Shown here piece by piece: positions 30,041 through 32,988 of a DNA stretch of 32,988 nucleotides; position 1 is the first letter of the stretch, and each line of letters begins with the position of its first letter. Under the pieces are notes generated by a model. The model did no database searches and was not told the origin of the DNA. It saw nothing but the letters and a program-made list of their open reading frames with translations. The DNA comes from Pseudomonadota bacterium (lineage in GTDB: Bacteria > Pseudomonadota > Alphaproteobacteria > Rhizobiales > Kaistiaceae). The translations under genes were made by a program, and so were the position numbers. Location: contig JAEVZM010000364.1 in assembly GCA_023392225.1 (NCBI GenBank), positions 1-32,988 of the forward strand, in the 5' to 3' direction.

Positions 30041-30277
30041 CTACGCGGCGTTCTTCTCGAGGAACTTGACCGCATCGCCGACGGTCAGGATGGTCTCGGC
30101 AGCGTCGTCCGGGATCTCCACGCCGAACTCTTCCTCGAAAGCCATGACGAGCTCGACGGTGTCGAGGGAGTCCGCGCCGAGCTCATCGATGAAGCTCGCG
30201 TTGTCCTGCACCTTCTCGGCGTCGACGCCGAGGTGCTCGATCACGATCTTCTTTACCCGATCACCGATATCGCTCAT
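30041..30277 (-). CDS. acpP: Acyl carrier protein
   Basis: [19 protein letters not shown] phosphopantetheine site. Confidence 0.98.
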   Translation of the reverse strand: MSDIGDRVKKIVIEHLGVDAEKVQDNASFIDELGADSLDTVELVMAFEEEFGVEIPDDAAETILTVGDAVKFLEKNAA

Positions 30278-30551
30278 GTTCCTAAAACCTCAAAATTGCC
30301 CAAACTGGCCACCCCGGAAGCCAACGCCATCCCGTTCAAGGGCTTGCCGTCGCCTGCATGGGGGAGCGGGAAGTGTCGCCCAAATCACTTGGTGCTGCAT
30401 CGCCGAACTGCCGACCGGCCCCAAGCCGAAATCGCCGTCCGGAGGTCGGCATCCCGGTCGCTCGTAACACACTTCCGAAGCCTTGACCAGCGGCCCTAGG
30501 ATGCCGCATCGCAGCACGTTGCCGCCAGGCTTTCGAAAGCAGTTTCGTCTT

Positions 30552-31289
30552 TCATATCATGGCCATACCACCATTGACGTGAATCGTCTGTCCGGTCGTA
30601 TAGGCAGCCTCGTCGCTGGCGAGGTAGACGGCCGCGGCCGCAATCTCGAGTACCGTACCGAGCCGCTTCATCGGAACGCGGGACAGCACCGCCTCCTTCT
30701 GCTTCTCGTTGAGGGCATCGGTCATGGCCGAGCCGACGAAGCCGGGGGCGATGCAGTTGGCAGTGACGCCGCGGCTGGCGACCTCCTGGGCGAGCGCCTT
30801 GGTCATGCCAATGAGGCCGGCCTTGGAGGCCGCATAGTTGCCCTGGCCGGCATTGCCGGTGACCCCGACCACCGACGAGATCGAGATGATGCGGCCATGG
30901 CGCCGGCGCATCATGCCCATCAGCACGGACCGCGACAGCTTGAAGGCCGCCGTCAGGTTGACGGCGATGACCTTGTTCCAGTCGTCGTCGGTGAGCCGGA
31001 CGAACAGCGTGTCCCGGGTCATGCCGGCATTGTTGACGAGGATGTCGAGGTCGCCCATCGCTTCCTCGGCCTGTGGCACCAGGGCGTCCACGGCGGCGCC
31101 GTCGGAAAGGTCGCAGGGCAGCACGTGGGCCCGCTCGCCGAGCTCGGCGGCAAGGGCCTCGAGCGCTTCCCGGCGGGTGCCGGAGAGCCCGACGATGGCG
31201 CCCTGCTCGTGGAGCGCGCGGGCGATGCCGCTACCGATGGAGCCACTGGCGCCGGTAACGAGGGCCTTCCGGCCGGTAAGTTCGAACAT
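30552..31289 (-). CDS. fabG: 3-oxoacyl-ACP reductase
   Basis: TGASGSIG, NNAG, YAASK, VNGGM; start at ATG 31289. Confidence 0.96.
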   Translation of the reverse strand: MFELTGRKALVTGASGSIGSGIARALHEQGAIVGLSGTRREALEALAAELGERAHVLPCDLSDGAAVDALVPQAEEAMGDLDILVNNAGMTRDTLFVRLTDDDWNKVIAVNLTAAFKLSRSVLMGMMRRRHGRIISISSVVGVTGNAGQGNYAASKAGLIGMTKALAQEVASRGVTANCIAPGFVGSAMTDALNEKQKEAVLSRVPMKRLGTVLEIAAAAVYLASDEAAYTTGQTIHVNGGMAMI

Positions 31290-31308
31290 GGGAGATCCCC
31301 CGTGGGTG

Positions 31309-32247
31309 TCAGCCGAGCCGCGTGGCAGCAGCGTCGATGTCTTCCGGTGTGCCGGCGGTCTGGGTCTCGACCCCGTCGGCGATGCGCTTGGCGAGGCCGG
31401 AGAGGACCTTGCCCGAGCCGACCTCGACGAACATGTCGACGCCGGCACCGGCCAGGAACGTCACGGTCTCGCGCCAGCGGACCATGCCGGTCACCTGGTC
31501 GACCAGATTGCGGCGGATCGCTTCGGGATCCGATTCGGGCATGGCGGTGACGTTGGCGACCACCGGGGCAGCCGGCGGGTTGATCGTCACGTCCTTGAGC
31601 GCCTCGGCCATGACCTTCGCGGCGGGCGCCATCAGGGCGCAATGGAAGGGTGCGCTGACCGGCAGGAGCACCGCGCGCCGGGCGCCGCGTTCCTTGGCCA
31701 GTTCGACCGCGCGCTCAACCGCCGCCTTGCTGCCGGAGACGACGACCTGTCCCGCGCCGTTGTCATTGGCCGGGTCGCACACCTCGCCCTCGGCCGCATC
31801 GGCGGCGATGGCGCGGGCGGCTTCGAGATCCATGCCGAGAAGGGCCGCCATGGCCCCCTGCCCCACCGGGACCGCCTCCTGCATGGCCTTGCCGCGGAGG
31901 CGGAGCAGCCGGGCCGCGTCCGCGATCGCGAGGCTGCCGGCGGCAGCGAGCGCCGAATACTCTCCCAGCGAATGGCCCGCGACGAACGCGGCGCGTTCGA
32001 CGCCTACACCCTTCGCGGCCAGGACCCGCACTGCCGCGAGGCTCACCGCCATCAGGGCGGGTTGCGCATTTTCCGTCAGCGTCAGGGTCTCGATCGGCCC
32101 CTCGAAGATCAGCGCGGAGAGCTTTTCGCCGAGCGCATCGTCGACCTCGTCGAAGACGGCGCGCGCTTCGGGATAGGCGTCGGCGAGGGCCTTGCCCATG
32201 CCGACGGCCTGGCTACCCTGGCCGGGAAATGTGAAAGCGATGGTCAT
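31309..32247 (-). CDS. fabD: Malonyl CoA-ACP transacylase
   Basis: FPGQGSQ, GHSLGE, SAPFH; start at ATG 32247. Confidence 0.97.
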   Translation of the reverse strand: MTIAFTFPGQGSQAVGMGKALADAYPEARAVFDEVDDALGEKLSALIFEGPIETLTLTENAQPALMAVSLAAVRVLAAKGVGVERAAFVAGHSLGEYSALAAAGSLAIADAARLLRLRGKAMQEAVPVGQGAMAALLGMDLEAARAIAADAAEGEVCDPANDNGAGQVVVSGSKAAVERAVELAKERGARRAVLLPVSAPFHCALMAPAAKVMAEALKDVTINPPAAPVVANVTAMPESDPEAIRRNLVDQVTGMVRWRETVTFLAGAGVDMFVEVGSGKVLSGLAKRIADGVETQTAGTPEDIDAAATRLG

Positions 32248-32280
32248 GCGGTTCCGTGAGACCCAAGGAGAATCCGCGCC

Positions 32281-32310
32281 TTGTGGCCATCGGTCGCTCC
32301 CCCTGTCAAG
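32281..32310 (-). promoter_or_regulatory. Candidate sigma70 promoter for fabD
   Basis: CTTGACA -35 at 32310-32304, with a weak -10 (CCACAA) 17 nt downstream of TTGACA. Confidence 0.4.
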
Positions 32311-32392
32311 CCGCGATGCGGACTGTCCCCCGCGGAACCGCGTCCGGAATCGATCGTTGAGCGACAAATACTGGACGCAAGGGAGCCCGCTC

Positions 32393-32812
32393 ATGCGCCT
32401 CACGACCGCGATCGCTGCCGCCGCCTTTTGCGTCGCTGTGGCCCCGTCCGCCCTCGCCGCGCCGGGCGTCGCCAAGGGTAGCGTCAACCTCCGGGCCGGC
32501 CCAGGCACCAACTATGCCCGCATCGCTACCATACCGGCCGGCGCGCGGGTGAATGTCCTCCGCTGCCCGCGCTGGTGCGAGGTGGTCTATGGCGGCCGTA
32601 GGGGTTGGGCCTCGGCCGCCTACATCGCGCGAGGCAAGGGCGTCGTTCCGCGCGGGCGGGTGTACTATGTCCTTCCCGACAAGTCGCTTTGCAACGGGCC
32701 GCAGGCTTGGACGATTCCCTATTGCGAGACGCCGATCGAGCGCTCGATCAACGACTTCAACCAGAGCAACTGGAACGCCATGGCGCGCCAGCACCATGGC
32801 GGCCGCCGTTGA
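32393..32812 (+). CDS. Secreted SH3b-domain protein
   Basis: GGGAG RBS; signal peptide ending ALA; VNLRAGPGTNY..IATIPAG..V.V..C..WCEV.Y.G..GW bacterial SH3 pattern. Confidence 0.85.
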   Translation: MRLTTAIAAAAFCVAVAPSALAAPGVAKGSVNLRAGPGTNYARIATIPAGARVNVLRCPRWCEVVYGGRRGWASAAYIARGKGVVPRGRVYYVLPDKSLCNGPQAWTIPYCETPIERSINDFNQSNWNAMARQHHGGRR

Positions 32813-32820
32813 GGGTCGGT

Positions 32821-32988
32821 TCAGGTCCGCACGTAGAGGGCCCGGTGATCGGGTGACGGCTTGAACCGGTCGGTGATGCCGAGAACCGATTCGGCGCCAC
32901 CCAGGATCACGTAGCCGTCGTTGGCGAGGACCGAATCCAGCCGGTTAAACACCGAAACCTTGGTCGCGAGGTCGAAGTAGATCAGGAC
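32821..32988 (-). CDS. cheR: Chemotaxis methyltransferase CheR, 3' end (partial, runs off the window)
   Basis: Manual translation VLIYFDLATK..LANDGYVILGGAESVLGITDRF..LYVRT* matches the CheR C-terminal (RN)VLIYFD...GxxE motif. Not in the ORF track. Confidence 0.85.
   Translation of the reverse strand, partial: VLIYFDLATKVSVFNRLDSVLANDGYVILGGAESVLGITDRFKPSPDHRALYVRT

Overview
GC-rich Alphaproteobacteria chromosome segment (inferred Hyphomicrobiales/Rhizobiales from gene order and protein style), made mostly of conserved housekeeping genes. Order: hfq-hflX (+); mazG, a broken Nudix gene, MBL-fold hydrolase, tatD, metG, holB, tmk, dacA-like and rlpA (-); ABC-F ATPase (+); holC, a RelE/ParE toxin-antitoxin pair and pepA (-); a two-gene polyprenol-phosphate glycosylation cassette (-); lptF-lptG-lptD-surA-pdxA-rsmA (+); gmk, yicC, mltG, fabF, acpP, fabG, fabD (-); a secreted SH3b protein (+); the 3' end of cheR (-). 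I saw no rRNA, tRNA, CRISPR array, transposase or integrase. I cannot support a new multi-gene system here. The most unusual observations are: (1) a full-length DacA homologue beside rlpA lacking both the catalytic Ser (SxxK->NxxK) and the KTG Lys (->VTG), a candidate pseudo-PBP; (2) a TA module inserted inside the pepA-holC operon and overlapping the holC start; (3) a GT2-GtrA plus ArnT-like cassette between pepA and lptF; (4) a Nudix gene with a frameshifting deletion in the Nudix box; (5) a Cys-flanked insertion in MltG; (6) a stem-loop masking the fabF RBS. Several single-base changes in invariant motifs look like base-call errors, so single-nucleotide oddities need read-level checking.
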